Shown: one piece after another, positions 25,897 through 38,685 of the stretch
Position numbering within the stretch: the first letter of the stretch is position 1
Layout: each line of letters starts with the position of its first letter
Source: Octopus vulgaris
Taxonomy: Eukaryota
Direction: 5' to 3'
Assembly: GCA_951406725.2 (NCBI GenBank)
Contig: OX597818.1
Coordinates: forward strand, 79,546,001 to 79,610,000
Length of the DNA stretch: 64,000 bases
Program-made: the position numbers and the translations under genes
The notes under the pieces: generated by a model
The model's input: the letters and a program-made list of their open reading frames with translations, nothing else
What the model was told of the DNA's origin: nothing
The model's database searches: none

Positions 25897-26630
25897 TAGT
25901 TGATGAAAACTCTCAGCTTCTTTTGCTAGGTATGGTGGAAAGTGTCATCTGTCCACAGCCAGCAGACTAAGGTGACACTTTTTTACTGGTCATGCTTCAA
26001 GTACCCTGCGAAGAATTCTTGCAGTTCCAAGCAGTGCTGATTTTTGTAGGTGTTTCGTTTTTACATTTGTACCAATCTTTTTGAGCCATGTAGGTAGTTG
26101 AGTGCTGATACTTCCAAGTGAGCCAATTACTTACTATTGATATCATATCTACACTCTTCATTGACAGAACCTTCGTATTTCCCACTTCAAATCGTCGTAG
26201 TTGTTCACTTTCCCTTCTTTCTCTGATCCTGTTGTCACCTGGATATGCTATGCCGATTATCATGCAAGTTCTTTCTTTTTTACTCACCACAAGAATGACC
26301 GAATTCCGGTGTCTGGTCAGGTGATTGTACTGATTGCAGCCCACAGGATTTTTCGATCTTCGTTCTCAGAGACTCCTTTTGTGGTTTACTCATACCACGT
26401 CTTTGCTCAAGTATTTTGTAATCCTATGGTGATTATTTTGCAATAGTTTTCTAACTGTATAAGGCCTCTACCAGATTCTATACGTTGTATATATAACCTC
26501 TCAGTGTAATATTTGAGATGGTGCATCCCGTCATTTTTCTTGTTTTTCTGTCTATTTTGAATAGTTCATTTACTGTCCAGTTAAGGATATTGTAGCTCTA
26601 ACTTATAACTGGGACAACTAGAATGTTGTT
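25897..26630 (-). pseudogene. Second R4/Dong-like LINE fragment
   Basis: VVPVIS*SYNILNWTVNELFKIDRKTRK; TRHRNSVILVVSKKERTCMIIGIAYPGDNRI..LLGTARILRRVLE. Confidence 0.7.
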
Positions 26631-26832
26631 ACCTATTATCTTGTTTTTCACATTGAGCTTCGTTTTTATTATTATCATCATCATCGTTATTATTATTATT
26701 ATTAATATTATTATTATTATTATTAATAATAATAATAATAATAATATTAATACTATCATTATTATTGAGTGAGAGAGCAGAGCATGCCATCAAAGTGACA
26801 TTGGAGTAAAATATATGAAACTCAGTATACAC

Positions 26833-27077
26833 TTCTATATTTAAGAGATGAGGAATTATGTGCATTACACTTGACGGATATTTGTCCTCATGTTGTTTGT
26901 TTTTGACACAACGTTTCGGCTGATATACCCTCCAGCCTTCATCAGGTGTCTTGGGGAAATTTCGAACCTGACAAGGCACCTGATGAAGGCTGGAGAGTTT
27001 ATCAGTCAAAACGTTGTATTAACAACAAACAAGATGAGGACAAATATTCGTCAATTGTAAATAATGTAAATAATGTC
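26833..27077. mobile_element. 245-bp palindromic element with two divergent HHR motifs and ~10-bp TSD
   Basis: Arms ~26864-26953 and 26972-27062; flanked by CAGTATACAC (26823) and CAGTACACAC (27078). Confidence 0.7.
26905..26950 (-). ncRNA. Minimal type-I hammerhead ribozyme
   Basis: Minus strand: GACAC-CTGATGA-A-GGCTG gagggtatat CAGCC-GAAAC-GTT|GTGTC; ACGT palindrome replaces stem III; mirror copy at 26975-27020 is degenerate. Confidence 0.75.
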
Positions 27078-27220
27078 CAGTACACACATCATGACTAGCC
27101 GTCTGATAAGGGTACACTAGACACATGCTTCACAGCCATATGTGCGGGATATAGTGAACTCATAACACAATAAACAGCGCATGACCTTGCAGATGGAACC
27201 CAGTTAGAATTCTCTCTATA

Positions 27221-27540
27221 GGCGCAGGAGTGGCTGTGTGGTGAGTAGCTTGCTTACGAACCACATGGTTCCGGGTTCAGTCACATTGCGTGGCACCTTG
27301 GGCAAATGTCTTCTACTATAGCCTCGGGCCAACCAAAGCCTTGTGAGTGGATTTGGTAAACGGAAACTGAAAGAAGCCCGTCGTATATATGTATATATGT
27401 ATGTATGTATATATTTTTGTGTGTCTGTGTTTGTCTCCCTAACATCGCTTGACAACCGATGTTGGTGTGTTTACGTCCCCGTAACTTAGCGGTTCGGTAA
27501 AAGAGACCGATAGAATAAGTATTAGGCTTACAAAGAATAA
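27221..27540 (+). mobile_element. SINE family A (3'-truncated)
   Basis: Complete head GGCGCAGGAGTGGCTGTGTGG. Confidence 0.85.
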
Positions 27541-27965
27541 TTTACCCATGCGCCTAAAACGAAAATTTTCGAACGAGTGTGTGCTGCCTATTATTACGTA
27601 TGCATCGAAATCATGGAGCAACACAAAAGAGTTATGGACTTGAGAACGCTGATGATTTTCAAAATGGATAAATAGAAAAACAACAGGATAACATTGGCAA
27701 CAGGTTTAGCGGATATTATCTGGAAAATAAGATTCTGCAACGGTCTTTCGCGGCATGTATGTTTAGAAGAAAGGACAATAGACGGAAAACCAAATTAACG
27801 GATTATCCACAACGTTCAGTAAAAAATAGAGGTTAAGACCGTGTTGAAGTTTTAATGAAGACTTTGTCAAATACTTTGTCATCCAAATATGGATGACGAA
27901 AACACTAGACCGGGTTTAGTGGAGAGAGCATGCCCAGACATTCGCCCAGCAGTGTGCAAGGATAA
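27541..27965 (+). pseudogene. RTE-clade LINE 3' remnant
   Basis: LPMRLKRK..NECVLPIITYASKSW motif with many frameshifts. Confidence 0.5.
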
Positions 27966-28324
27966 TGGTGGGAATTGTATTTTGTATTTTTATAGTTATG
28001 TAGACTTATAATGTCCAAACTCTGAAACTTTGAACGAAATCCACAACAGCGTTTATTCACAAGAGGAAACGGAGTGACAGTGATTTTATGAATAGAGTGA
28101 GTCAAAAATGGAACAAGAATACGATAGAAGAGACTGGGTGGCGGAAAGGGGCATTCAAAACTGAACAAATGAACGTGTGTTCTTGGTTTGGGATTTGATA
28201 GGTCACACTCATATTTGTGTTTGTCTTTGTTTGCATACTCGTGTATATGTGTGTATGTGTGTGTGTCTGTGTGTGTAAAAATATTCATAGACATACACAT
28301 GTATATGTGTGTATGTAAACATAC

Positions 28325-28371
<47 letters not shown>

Positions 28372-28474
28372 GTTATTTGTGTATGTTTGCGTGCATGCGT
28401 GTATGTATGTGTGTATACATGTATTTAGTTGGACGTGCGTAATTGTGCGTGAATGAATGTAGCAAGCAACAATG

Positions 28475-28542
<68 letters not shown>

Positions 28543-28839
28543 GCTATAATTACTGTCCCGAGTTGAGGGAAATTTCAAGTTAAATCATCCAAAACTGTTT
28601 TTACAGTGTTTTTCAATTTTAGCGTATTACCACAGAGAGAGTGGGGGAAGATAGCGCGTAGAGTTGATGGAGATAAAAATTAAAAAGAACAGCAATAAAT
28701 ATAAACAAAATATATAAATGAAAAGCGAATATACAGAAAAGAGAAAGAAAGACAGAAAGAAAACAGCATAAAAAGGGAGAAGGGGAAGTATAAAGGGACA
28801 GGTAGAAAGTATAGATAGACAGAAAGATAGAGCGAGACA

Positions 28840-28842
28840 GAA

Positions 28843-28914
<72 letters not shown>

Positions 28915-28958
28915 GTGGGTAGGTAGGTAGGTAGATATACAAATAGATAGATATACAC

Positions 28959-29028
<70 letters not shown>

Positions 29029-29118
29029 GTAGGTAGGTAGGTAGATATACAGATAGATAGATAGACAGACAGATAGATAAATAGATAGATAGGTAGGTAG
29101 ATAGATAGATAGATAAAC
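28840..29118. repeat. Compound (GATA)n/(GGTA)n microsatellite
   Basis: Direct reading of the sequence. Confidence 0.9.
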
Positions 29119-29519
29119 AGAACAAAGAAAGAAAAAAACAGAGAAAGAAAGAAAAAGAGAAAATGAAAGATTTCAGCGAAGTAAAATTCTCATTTTACCA
29201 AAATGTGTTTATGTTGGTCTAAAGGAACTCATGCTCAGGCAATTAACTGAAATGGCGCTTCGAGTTAATGTTTGCTTAGAGATTCTCTCCACTATGCTGT
29301 GTATTATAGTTTCGTCGCTGTTTGTCTCAGAGAAACTAACTACGAGACGCGGGGAAGAATTGGAGTGGAGTGGGGTCTGGCTGAGGGGGAGATGGGGTGA
29401 AGGAGAGTGATGGAGTGCGAAGTTCTACACTACCAAACCAAGCTCTCTGCCTGATTTTGGACGGGCTTAAGGTCTTTCTCACATGTAACACATTTCAATA
29501 CACCTCCTGTTCCTACAAC

Positions 29520-29554
<35 letters not shown>

Positions 29555-29556
<2 letters not shown>

Positions 29557-30002
29557 TTCTACAAAAGGCACAAGGCCTGAAATTTGGGGGCAGGGGACTA
29601 GTGGATTACATCGACCACAGTGTTTCTACTGGTACTTAATTTATCGACTCCGAAAGGATGAAGGGTAAAGCCGACCTCGGCGGAATTTAAACTCAGAACG
29701 TAGCGACGGGCGAAATGCCGCTAAGCATTTAGGCCGGAGTGCTATCGATTCTGCCAGTACGCCACCTAGTAATAATAATAATATATAATTCTTTCTACTG
29801 GAAGCACAAAGCCTCAAATTTGGAGGAAAAGATTAAGTCGATTGCATCAACACCATTACGTAACTGGTACTTATTTAGCCGACCCCGAAAGAATGAAAGG
29901 CAAAGTCGACCTCGGCGGAATTTGAACACAGAATGTAGCGACAGACGAAATACCGCTAAGCATTTTTACCCGGCGTGCTAACGATTCTGCCAGCTCACCG
30001 CC

Positions 30003-30063
<61 letters not shown>

Positions 30064-30220
30064 TAACGACAACAACATTGACGATGATGGTGGTGGTGGT
30101 CTCTTCTACTTAAAGGCACAACGCCTGAAATTTGTTTGTGGGGAGTCGATTACATCGCCCCCAGTGTTGTACTGGTGTTTATTTCAACGACTCTGAAAAG
30201 ATGAACGGCAAGGTCGAGTG
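29555..30220 (-). mobile_element. Three tandem SINE family B copies separated by (TAA)n
   Basis: Repeated CGACCTCGGCGGAATTT..CTAAGCATTT..ATTCTGCCAG..CGCC then TAATAATAA. Confidence 0.75.
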
Positions 30221-30568
30221 CCAATCAAGGTACACCATAGATCCAGAATAACCCTGACCAGCTGTTCTTCTCCTTCTACAGGCGCTTGCTTGGAGTAGAT
30301 CCATTAACCCTACCGTTTTTCCCTATAAAGAATTAGCTTATGACAATTTTCCTTACTTAGGAAGATTACATGTACATTCATACAAAAAATACATATGCGT
30401 ATACAGAGAAAGAATTGTTTTACGTAATGATTATTTTGTGTAAATAACCGAAACGTTCATATTAATTCCACGCTATACTAACAACTTTATGCAATTGTTC
30501 TACAATATACATATATGTATTGATTGATTCTAGTTTCAGCTCACGAGCTGTGGCCATGCTGGGGCACC

Positions 30569-30618
<50 letters not shown>

Positions 30619-30704
30619 TGTGTGTACGTGTGTGTATGTGTGTGTATTATATATATATATATTTATGTATTTATATATATATGTATATATATATATATAT
30701 ATGC

Positions 30705-30765
<61 letters not shown>

Positions 30766-31071
30766 ACAAATATATAAATATAAATGGTTAAGCAATAGTT
30801 AATCTAAGGTTTTGTTACTTTTCATTTGTCTATGTTGTTTATGTTCTGGTGTTTGCTAAATTTTCTTGAGAACATTTCTTTGTGGTAAGTCCATAGCGGA
30901 TCTACTTCTGGCATAAGGGTTGTCCACATAGTGGTCATCCCTCTCATATGTATGTAATACAATTTTTTGAACCTTCAGATTTTAATATGCAAGACCACTG
31001 GTTTTAAATTAATGTTAATCAAATTAATATATAATTTTTCACCCTCATTTTAAATTTAAATATATACATAC

Positions 31072-31131
<60 letters not shown>

Positions 31132-31143
31132 ATAGTATGTATG

Positions 31144-31174
<31 letters not shown>

Positions 31175-31221
31175 ATATGTATGTATGTATATATCATATA
31201 TATGTATGTATATATATATAT

Positions 31222-31495
31222 AGCTTCAAGGTTCATCCAAGTTTGGGACCACGGGCCATACGTCCCCTGCCCAATTCAAGATCACAGCATACATGTAAAC
31301 TGCAACATAATTTCTTTTCCTCAACAGGCCCTGCCCTATTTAACATTGTCCCGAGGGAGATCAAAGAGTAAAAGGATCCCATCAACTTTAAACGGAGTCT
31401 GGATAGATTCCTTCAAAGAATACCAGATAAGCTACCCATAATTGGATACAACTCCCCCAACAAGAACTCACTACTTGAATGGACCATAAACAAAA
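31222..31495 (+). pseudogene. CR1-group LINE ORF2 C-terminus
   Basis: HNFFSSTGPALFNIVPREIKE*KDPINFKRSLDRFLQRIPDKLPIIGYNSPNKNSLLEW. Confidence 0.65.
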
Positions 31496-31559
31496 CTTGA
31501 CTTAAACAGGATTCGAATAATCCTATCAGGTGGCGCTATTAAGTTAGACATGGCTTGAA

Positions 31560-32477
31560 CCATCTCTCCGTCAAGTTGAGGCTGCTATTTTGGAAGATCG
31601 ACGCATAGCTATTCGCTAAATAGCCCATGAGTTCAAGATTAGTACCGGATCTGTGGAAACTATCATTCATGACCATTTGCATATGCAAAAGGTGTCTGCC
31701 AGATGGATTCCCAGGTTGCTCACACCTTTTCAGAAGCAAAAACGCGTCGAGTGCTCGAGGGTGAATTTGGAGATATGCCAAGACGATGAGTCAAAATTTT
31801 TCAAAAGACTGATTACACAGGAGGAAACCTGGGCCCATCATTATGATCCAGAGACCAAATCCCAGTCAATGCAGTGGAAGAACCGTGATTCACCTCCTCC
31901 AAAGTAGGCAAGGGTGCAGCCCTTCGCTGGCAAGGTCATGCTCACAGTCTTCTGGGACCAGGAGGGAGTAGTGATGACAGATTTCCTGGCAAAGGGTACT
32001 ACAATTACAGGAGCCTATTAAGCTTCACTTTTGAGGAAATTAAGAGAAGCTATCAAAATCAAGAGGCGGGGCAAGATCAGCAAAGGCATCCTCCTCCTGC
32101 AGGACAACGCACCGGTCCACAACTCGCATGTCGCCAGATAAGAAGCGCAGGCGTATGGCTATGAACTCTTCCCCCATCCCCCCTGCTCTCCTGACCTTGC
32201 ACCCCCTGATTTTCACCTCTTCCCAGTCATGAAGTTGTTTTTGAAAGGAAAGCGTTTTCCAGATGATGCAGCCTTGATTTCTGAAGTCACGTCGTCGTTG
32301 GAGGACCAAGCTGGGGTCTTCAACAAAAATGGTCTCGGGAGCTGCATCAAACGATGGGAGAAATGCATGACTCTGGGTATTTTCTATGCAGGAAAAGACT
32401 AATAACTGTGCCAAGTTTCGTTGCTCTACTTCTATGGGAAGTGGGTCAGGGGCATTACTTATTGAACGCCCCTCGTA
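31560..32477 (+). pseudogene. Mariner (D,D34D-type) transposase, 5'-truncated, with right TIR plus TA
   Basis: [55 protein letters not shown]; several stops; TTATTGAACGCCCCTCG-TA. Confidence 0.85.
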
Positions 32478-32526
32478 TATATATATGCATGTATATATAT
32501 ATAAATATATATACACACATACATGC

Positions 32527-32586
<60 letters not shown>

Positions 32587-32617
32587 ATATACATGCATAC
32601 ATACATACATATACGTA

Positions 32618-32671
<54 letters not shown>

Positions 32672-32680
32672 ATTAGAGAC

Positions 32681-33208
32681 AATTTTATCAGAATGAGATA
32701 AAAATCCAAGGCCGTGAAAGATTTTAGCACATTTATAAATAGAATGTCTTAAAGCTGTATCCATGATATATTGTATATCCCCTCATCGAAGACGGTGTGA
32801 GAAAATGGTTAAGCAATAGTTAATATAGATAATATATGAAATAGAGAGTGAAGTGTTTGAATGAAAATAGATGTGAGATATGCAGGGATATTGCATCTGT
32901 AGATCCATTATTTAGGCAGAATAATAATACTATTGGAACTTACTCACAAGATTTTGGAATCTTATATGTATTCCATTCTGCCTAAATAACGGATCTACAG
33001 ATGCAATATCCCTGTATATCTCACATCTATTTTCCTTGCTCCACTTCACTCTTTATTTCATATCTAAATTAACTATTGCTTAACCAGTTTCTCACACCGT
33101 CTCTGATGAAGGGATAAATAAAATCTCCCGGAAACAGCTGTAAGACATTTATTTATAAATGTTCTAATATTTTTCGCCGCCTTGGATTTTTATCTCATTC
33201 TGAAAATT
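32681..33208. mobile_element. ~530-bp palindromic element with divergent HHR motifs
   Basis: Arms ~32681-32922 and ~32974-33208 are reverse complements. Confidence 0.75.
33099..33146 (+). ncRNA. Minimal type-I hammerhead ribozyme with palindromic AGCT loop
   Basis: GTCT-CTGATGA-aGGGA..TCCCg-GAAAC-AGCT-GTA|AGAC; degenerate mirror copy at 32746-32793 (minus). Confidence 0.75.
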
Positions 33209-33364
33209 TTTTTTTATATATATATATACATGCTGAAATATGACCTACGTTGGACTCTTTATTTGCATAATCACCGAACCTGGAGCTTAACTATGGTCTT
33301 CCATAGCACTTACTCAGCATTACCTGACACCTTTGGGTCTTATTGGCACCATTACCTCTCATAC

Positions 33365-33421
<57 letters not shown>

Positions 33422-33483
33422 TATACGTACGTGTGTATGTATGTATGTACACTCATTTTATCATTCTACATTTACACACACAC

Positions 33484-33890
33484 ATCATCATCATCATCAT
33501 CATTGTTCGACCGTGGTCGAGACAATGGAATTTACCATGCTACGCCTGACTTCACGGTCCATCATGGCATTACGGAGGTCCTGTTGCTGGATGCCTGTAT
33601 CCCTGGAGATTACATCAGGGTAGGAGAGTGTGCGCCCTCTGGTATTGCGAGTAGATGGCTTCCAGAGGAGAAGAGTAGGAATTACCTCTTTTTCAGCTCT
33701 ACAACAATGTCCAGCAAACTGGACTCTCCTACCTTTCACAAGAGATGACACAGGTGGTAGTTTCCCATATATTTGCATTTTGGTTGGATGGCGCTTCCAC
33801 GAGATATTTTGAGCTCTCCTAAGGAGGCGAGTGTAGGTTCCATCCAACCGCCTCTCAAGTTTTTTTGATAACGTCCAGGTGTCTGAGCCA
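33484..33890 (-). pseudogene. RTE-clade LINE 3' end with (TGA)n tail
   Basis: GSDTWTLSKKLERRLDGTYTRLLRRAQNISW..RRVQFAGHCCRA..NAMMDREVRRSMV*; frame open over the fragment. Confidence 0.8.
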
Positions 33891-33923
33891 CACACGCACA
33901 CACACATACCCACACACACACAT

Positions 33924-33992
<69 letters not shown>

Positions 33993-35322
33993 GAGGAGAG
34001 AGACGCACACTTTATGGTCTGTATAATGTCGCAGATGATAATTTTCTTCTGATGTTTAGTTCGATATAATAAACTACTATTGAAATAGGACATCGTTTTG
34101 TGGCGAAGAGTAGCTTATTGTGTTTGTCTCTGTGTGTCCGTGTGTCTGTGTGTCAGAGTGCAAGCTATAAACTATACCATAAAAAAACTGTAAAATTTGG
34201 TGATCTTACCAAATTCACAAAATGTTTTTTTTAATTTTCTTTCAATTTCTCAAGAAATATTTCAATATTTGTTATTTTACACGTTTCGATGATTTAAAAG
34301 AAAGGGGAAAAATTATGTAGCTATATGAGTACTATTTCATGCATTACAACAATCTTCAGAAACAGTCCAATGACTGACAATAGTAGCTTCATTTATGTTC
34401 TTAAAAAAATACGGAAAGGCGATCAGTACTTCTTTGAACGATGTACGGTATACTGAATTCAGCAGTGTACAAGAAAACTTATAAAATAGGATATTGACAT
34501 TCAGCACATGTATTAACATAATGGAACCCCACATGGCCCAAGGAAAAAGACCTTGAAAATTGCTTCCAAAGTTAAATATCATGCAGCTGCAACCGTAAAA
34601 GCTATGATGACAGCCATAAAAACAATGCCTGATGTACCATCTAATGTTGGACCATAAATATCACCTGCACGTAATTTTAGAAAGGATGATCCGACGTATA
34701 AGACTAGGATCAGGATACTCTGAAACAGTCAGAATCACTACTGAAACTAATCATTCCAAATAATTTTGCACATTTGGGTGCCGGGGAGGTGGATTCTAAA
34801 ACATGATATCTGTCCTGGGGTTCTAATATTCAGTACAGATTGCCTCCAAACATTATAATATTTTTCCGTAACTAGACATATTTTTCGAGGAAGACTGGAA
34901 GCAAGCGACATCTTTTGTATGACGGTGTTTTACAAGCATCATGTGATGTCAAGAAAAAAGTACACACGCAGACACACACATACACACACACTAACACACA
35001 GACACATAAACACACACTAACACACATAAACATACACACATTTGTGCTTACTTCGATTTCACTCCACATAGGGATTGGAACGGAATATTTTATCATGCCT
35101 CAAACAAGCATTACCATTGATTTACCCGTTGTTATCAGCTAAAACTGTGAGAACTTAACCAAAAACTGTTTAGCAATTTTAAAGGAATTTAGTATAGACA
35201 ATAATGAAGCCCCGCATAGGCCAACGAAAAGGACCTTCAAAAACGACTTCTCAATGTCAAATATTATGGAGTTACGGCTGCAAAACCCACATGACACTCA
35301 TATCAAACAAAAGAAAAAACAC

Positions 35323-35655
35323 TACGAGGGTAAGTCAAAAAGTAATGCCATTTTGTTTGGGACAGGTATAATTACCAACACAGGAACATGTGTCATACAT
35401 CAAAATGAAGATGGTCCTCTATGGATCACATCCCTACTTCTCAACATAGTCACCGTTTCTCTCAATGGCAATGTTCTACTTTCGAATGAGAGCATGTATC
35501 CCTGCCCCGTAAAATTCTGTTCACTGTTCTTTGAGCCACTTCTTCCCTACCTCCACACTCACCAGATTTAGCGCCTTCAGACTATCATCTCTTCGGCGCA
35601 AGGAAAGAGGGTTTGAGAGGCAAACATTATTCCAGTGACTAGGAAGTGAAAACAT
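35323..35655. mobile_element. Internally deleted mariner (TIR plus transposase scraps)
   Basis: TA-CGAGGGTAAGTCAAAAAGT TIR; HTHQI..APSDYHLFG motif. Confidence 0.6.
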
Positions 35656-35844
35656 GAATAAAAAATCCGACTATTTGCCCATTTACACATTCATATATAA
35701 TTTAATAGTTTAAGGAGTATTTCTTTTATGGGCAGCTCACGAAACATGAATAAAAATTCCAACTATTTGCACCACGTGATACCTTGAGCATGTGTCTCAC
35801 AGGGCTTCTAGTAGAAGACATATATATATTTAGTTTATTGTTGA

Positions 35845-36150
35845 GTCTAGGGAGAGTCATTACGCCAATATTAATAACACATGCATTGGTTCAATTCCAC
35901 TCCTTTATTATTAGTCAGTTGATTGAATATATATTGCAAACAGAGAGAAGTCACTGAAAATGTTGCAATTGACTACGAAAGATATTTGGCAGACAAAAAG
36001 AAGGCAACAAACGATTAACTGTTTAACCAGCTAGTCAAACAAACGATCAATTATTTGGTGTGATAAATATTTTACTTTGACTAATATTAATAGAGTAGAA
36101 TTGAACCAGTGCGTGTATTATTAATAATGGCGTAATGGCTCTGCCTAGAC
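35845..36150. mobile_element. MITE-like element with ~60-bp inverted ends
   Basis: GTCTAGGGAGAGTCATTACGCCAATATTAATAA..CTCC is inverted at 36090-36150. Confidence 0.55.
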
Positions 36151-36292
36151 ACAACAAAATTTGTTTCAACACACAGATTCACATAAAGAATGTTGCAAAC
36201 CAAATACAAAAATGAGTGTGTATATATATATACATATATATATATGCGTGTGTATGTGTGTGTGTGTATGAATGTATATGTATGTATATATA

Positions 36293-36528
36293 CAGTAATA
36301 ACTCGACTATCACGGGTGTTACGTTCCAAAACCTCCCACAGAAATAATTAAAATCTAAAAAAAATATAAATACCTATCGGCCGCAGAAACCCGGTTACAC
36401 TGAGGAGTTCGTGATATAAATTTACATATAATAGCTAGAAAAGTCCACGATGTACTGAGTGCGCGATCGGTAAACAGCGATGTACTGATAACGCGATAAG
36501 TGAACCGCGATATGGCGAGGGATTACTG
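36293..36528. mobile_element. Tigger/pogo-type MITE
   Basis: TA-CAGTAATAACTCG ... CGAGGGATTACTG-TA terminal inverted repeats with TA TSD. Confidence 0.75.
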
Positions 36529-36559
36529 TATATGTATATATATATATGTGTGTGTATTT

Positions 36560-36804
36560 TCTTTTATTTTTATTCTTTAATTTGTTTCAGTCATTTTACT
36601 GCGGCCATGCTGGAGCACCGCCTTTAGGACTTATTCTTTGTAATCCTAGTACTTATTCTAACGGCTTCCTTATATATACATATATATATATATACGACGG
36701 GCTTCTTTCTTTGGTCGGCCCGAGGCTATAGTAGAAGACACTTGCCCAAGGTTCCACGCAGTGGGACTGAACCCGGAACTATGTGGCTGGTAAGCAAGCT
36801 ACTT
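36560..36804 (-). mobile_element. SINE family A, split by an insertion (head continues at 38686-38720)
   Basis: Sequence resumes as ACCACACAGCCACTCC after the duplicated 15-mer. Confidence 0.8.
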
Positions 36805-38685
36805 TATTTCATTATATTTGCCATAAAGGCAGTACATACAGTGTAGTTTTGCGGGCTGGAGAAGAACATCAATGAAGGGAATGATAATGAAACGAAGATG
36901 ATAAGGATGGGAGAAGACAAAAACGCCCGCCGACTTTTGCTTCTCTAAAACATTGTTCTTCCCTTAGGCAATACTCCAGCTCCAGGTCGGGGCCCCGGAA
37001 GGTGTATCTGTACATGTCCTTCGAGAAGCTGTCCATCGCCCTGACCATATCGACATCCGATATGACCTTCGTAGTCACCTGCGAAGGCCAATCCTCTCCT
37101 CTGTCCAGGGCATGGGCTCCTCCCTCCGGTCATCCAACTTCTCTATGTAGCTCTGTATTGCCCCTCCCTTATGGAAGAAGATGACAAAATCATATCTCCT
37201 TGAAGTGGGCTCAGTTTCCTCGTGGCACACTTCCCGCCAACAAAGTTTCCGGGTATGGTATGCTGACAGTTCACCATCAACCGCCGGCGATGTCCCATTC
37301 TTTTTCTGTCTCCTTTACGACGGGAGGGTGGAGTTTCTCCTTCATGTCCGGAAGTCCTTCCTCCCCTCCTGCCGCCTTAGGATCCATAGGTGGGCAACCT
37401 TTGTTGCCAACCTTCTTTCTTATTTCCTTTCTTTTTCGAGGGGGTTGCCACCTCCTTGACTTCCTCCCTCTCTCCCGCTAATGGGGGAGCAGGAGGTTCT
37501 TCTTCAGTTAACTGCTCCGGGACCTTTGCTTGGTCTCGGCGACAGTTTTCTTCATGTAGCCCAATTCCAGGCACAGGTGACACTTTGGGGGCGGTCGTCC
37601 CTCAAGTATCACCGGGTACCTGGAATCGATCATTGTTAAAAAATCTGGCAAAACCAGATCATCGGCTTATTGGGAGAATTCTGACATTCAGTTGCAGGGA
37701 GAATTCTGACATTCAAGAGCTTGGCAGTGCTGCCACACAGACCCCGACGGATAGTGTCTTCTATCCATTCGGGCTCTATACCGGGTGGCATCCCCCACAC
37801 CCAAGCTCTTGTCAGTATCCTCCTTTCATAAGTGGGGAGAAACAAAATTTTCTCCCCTTCTAATGGTCTGCTTGCGCAATCCCGAGCCTCCGCAGAGATG
37901 TCAAACAACACACACACTGTCGCATATTTAACACCCCTTTGGATAAACTTGATCGTTGGCAGGTATTCCGCCAACACTTGTTCAATGTCTGTCTGTGAGA
38001 ACACAGGCATGGTGTCAAGAACCTTAGAATAGGTTCTTAACACCACCCTTCTCTCAGAAAGAATTTACAACCACTGTTTGGGGGCCAATATTTGCCACTC
38101 TAAAACAGTATTTTTGTTGCTATATTCACGAAAAATAGATAAAATGTAAAACGTTCAACACAAAAGTTCAAAAATTCAAATTAAAGTCAATAATAAACAC
38201 ACAAAAAATGGAAAGACAGGGGAGAGAAACAGAACGAAGGAAGACAGTTTAAATGGCAACACAATTCTGCTACTCAGGTAATCCACAGTGTTCCGTCGCA
38301 GCACAAAATTTCGATTTTGGTTCCTCACAATTATGTGAGACACAAAAAACAGTAATTTTCCTGGCTGTCCCAGTACTCCATAGTCAGAAATACCAGTCAA
38401 AAAATAGCAGTTAAAATAACACAATTTTCAAGAGGGATACGCCTCCCAAAACACACTTCTCACAACTAAGTGAGACTTTAAGCACGACCACTGGCAGACA
38501 AAAGCATGGAACCCAGTGGAGACCTCTTGTTCGACAAAAAATAAATAATACGAGCAACAGACCCCACTGAGTCCCAAAAATCAGACGTCTTACCTAGTAG
38601 TTGTGCTTCACTATTTCACGACGCTGACACACACCGACGTGACTTCCACCGCGTGACAAAAAGAACGCGTCCACACTGTACTGAA
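36805..38685 (-). mobile_element. 1.9-kb internally deleted L1/Tx1-like retroelement with 15-bp TSD
   Basis: TSD GTAAGCAAGCTACTT at 36790-36804 and 38686-38700; ORF1 homolog of 23842 (IEQVLAEYLPTIKFIQRGVKY..; CHLCLELGYMKK); A-rich 3' end. Confidence 0.75.

Larger units (their letters stand above)
26768..27212 (+). mobile_element. Short interspersed element family D (also at 57795-57945 and 58250-58392, minus strand), interrupted by a palindromic HHR element
   Basis: GCATGCCATCAAAGTGACA..CATCATGACT..CTGATAAGGGTACAC shared among three loci. Confidence 0.6.
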
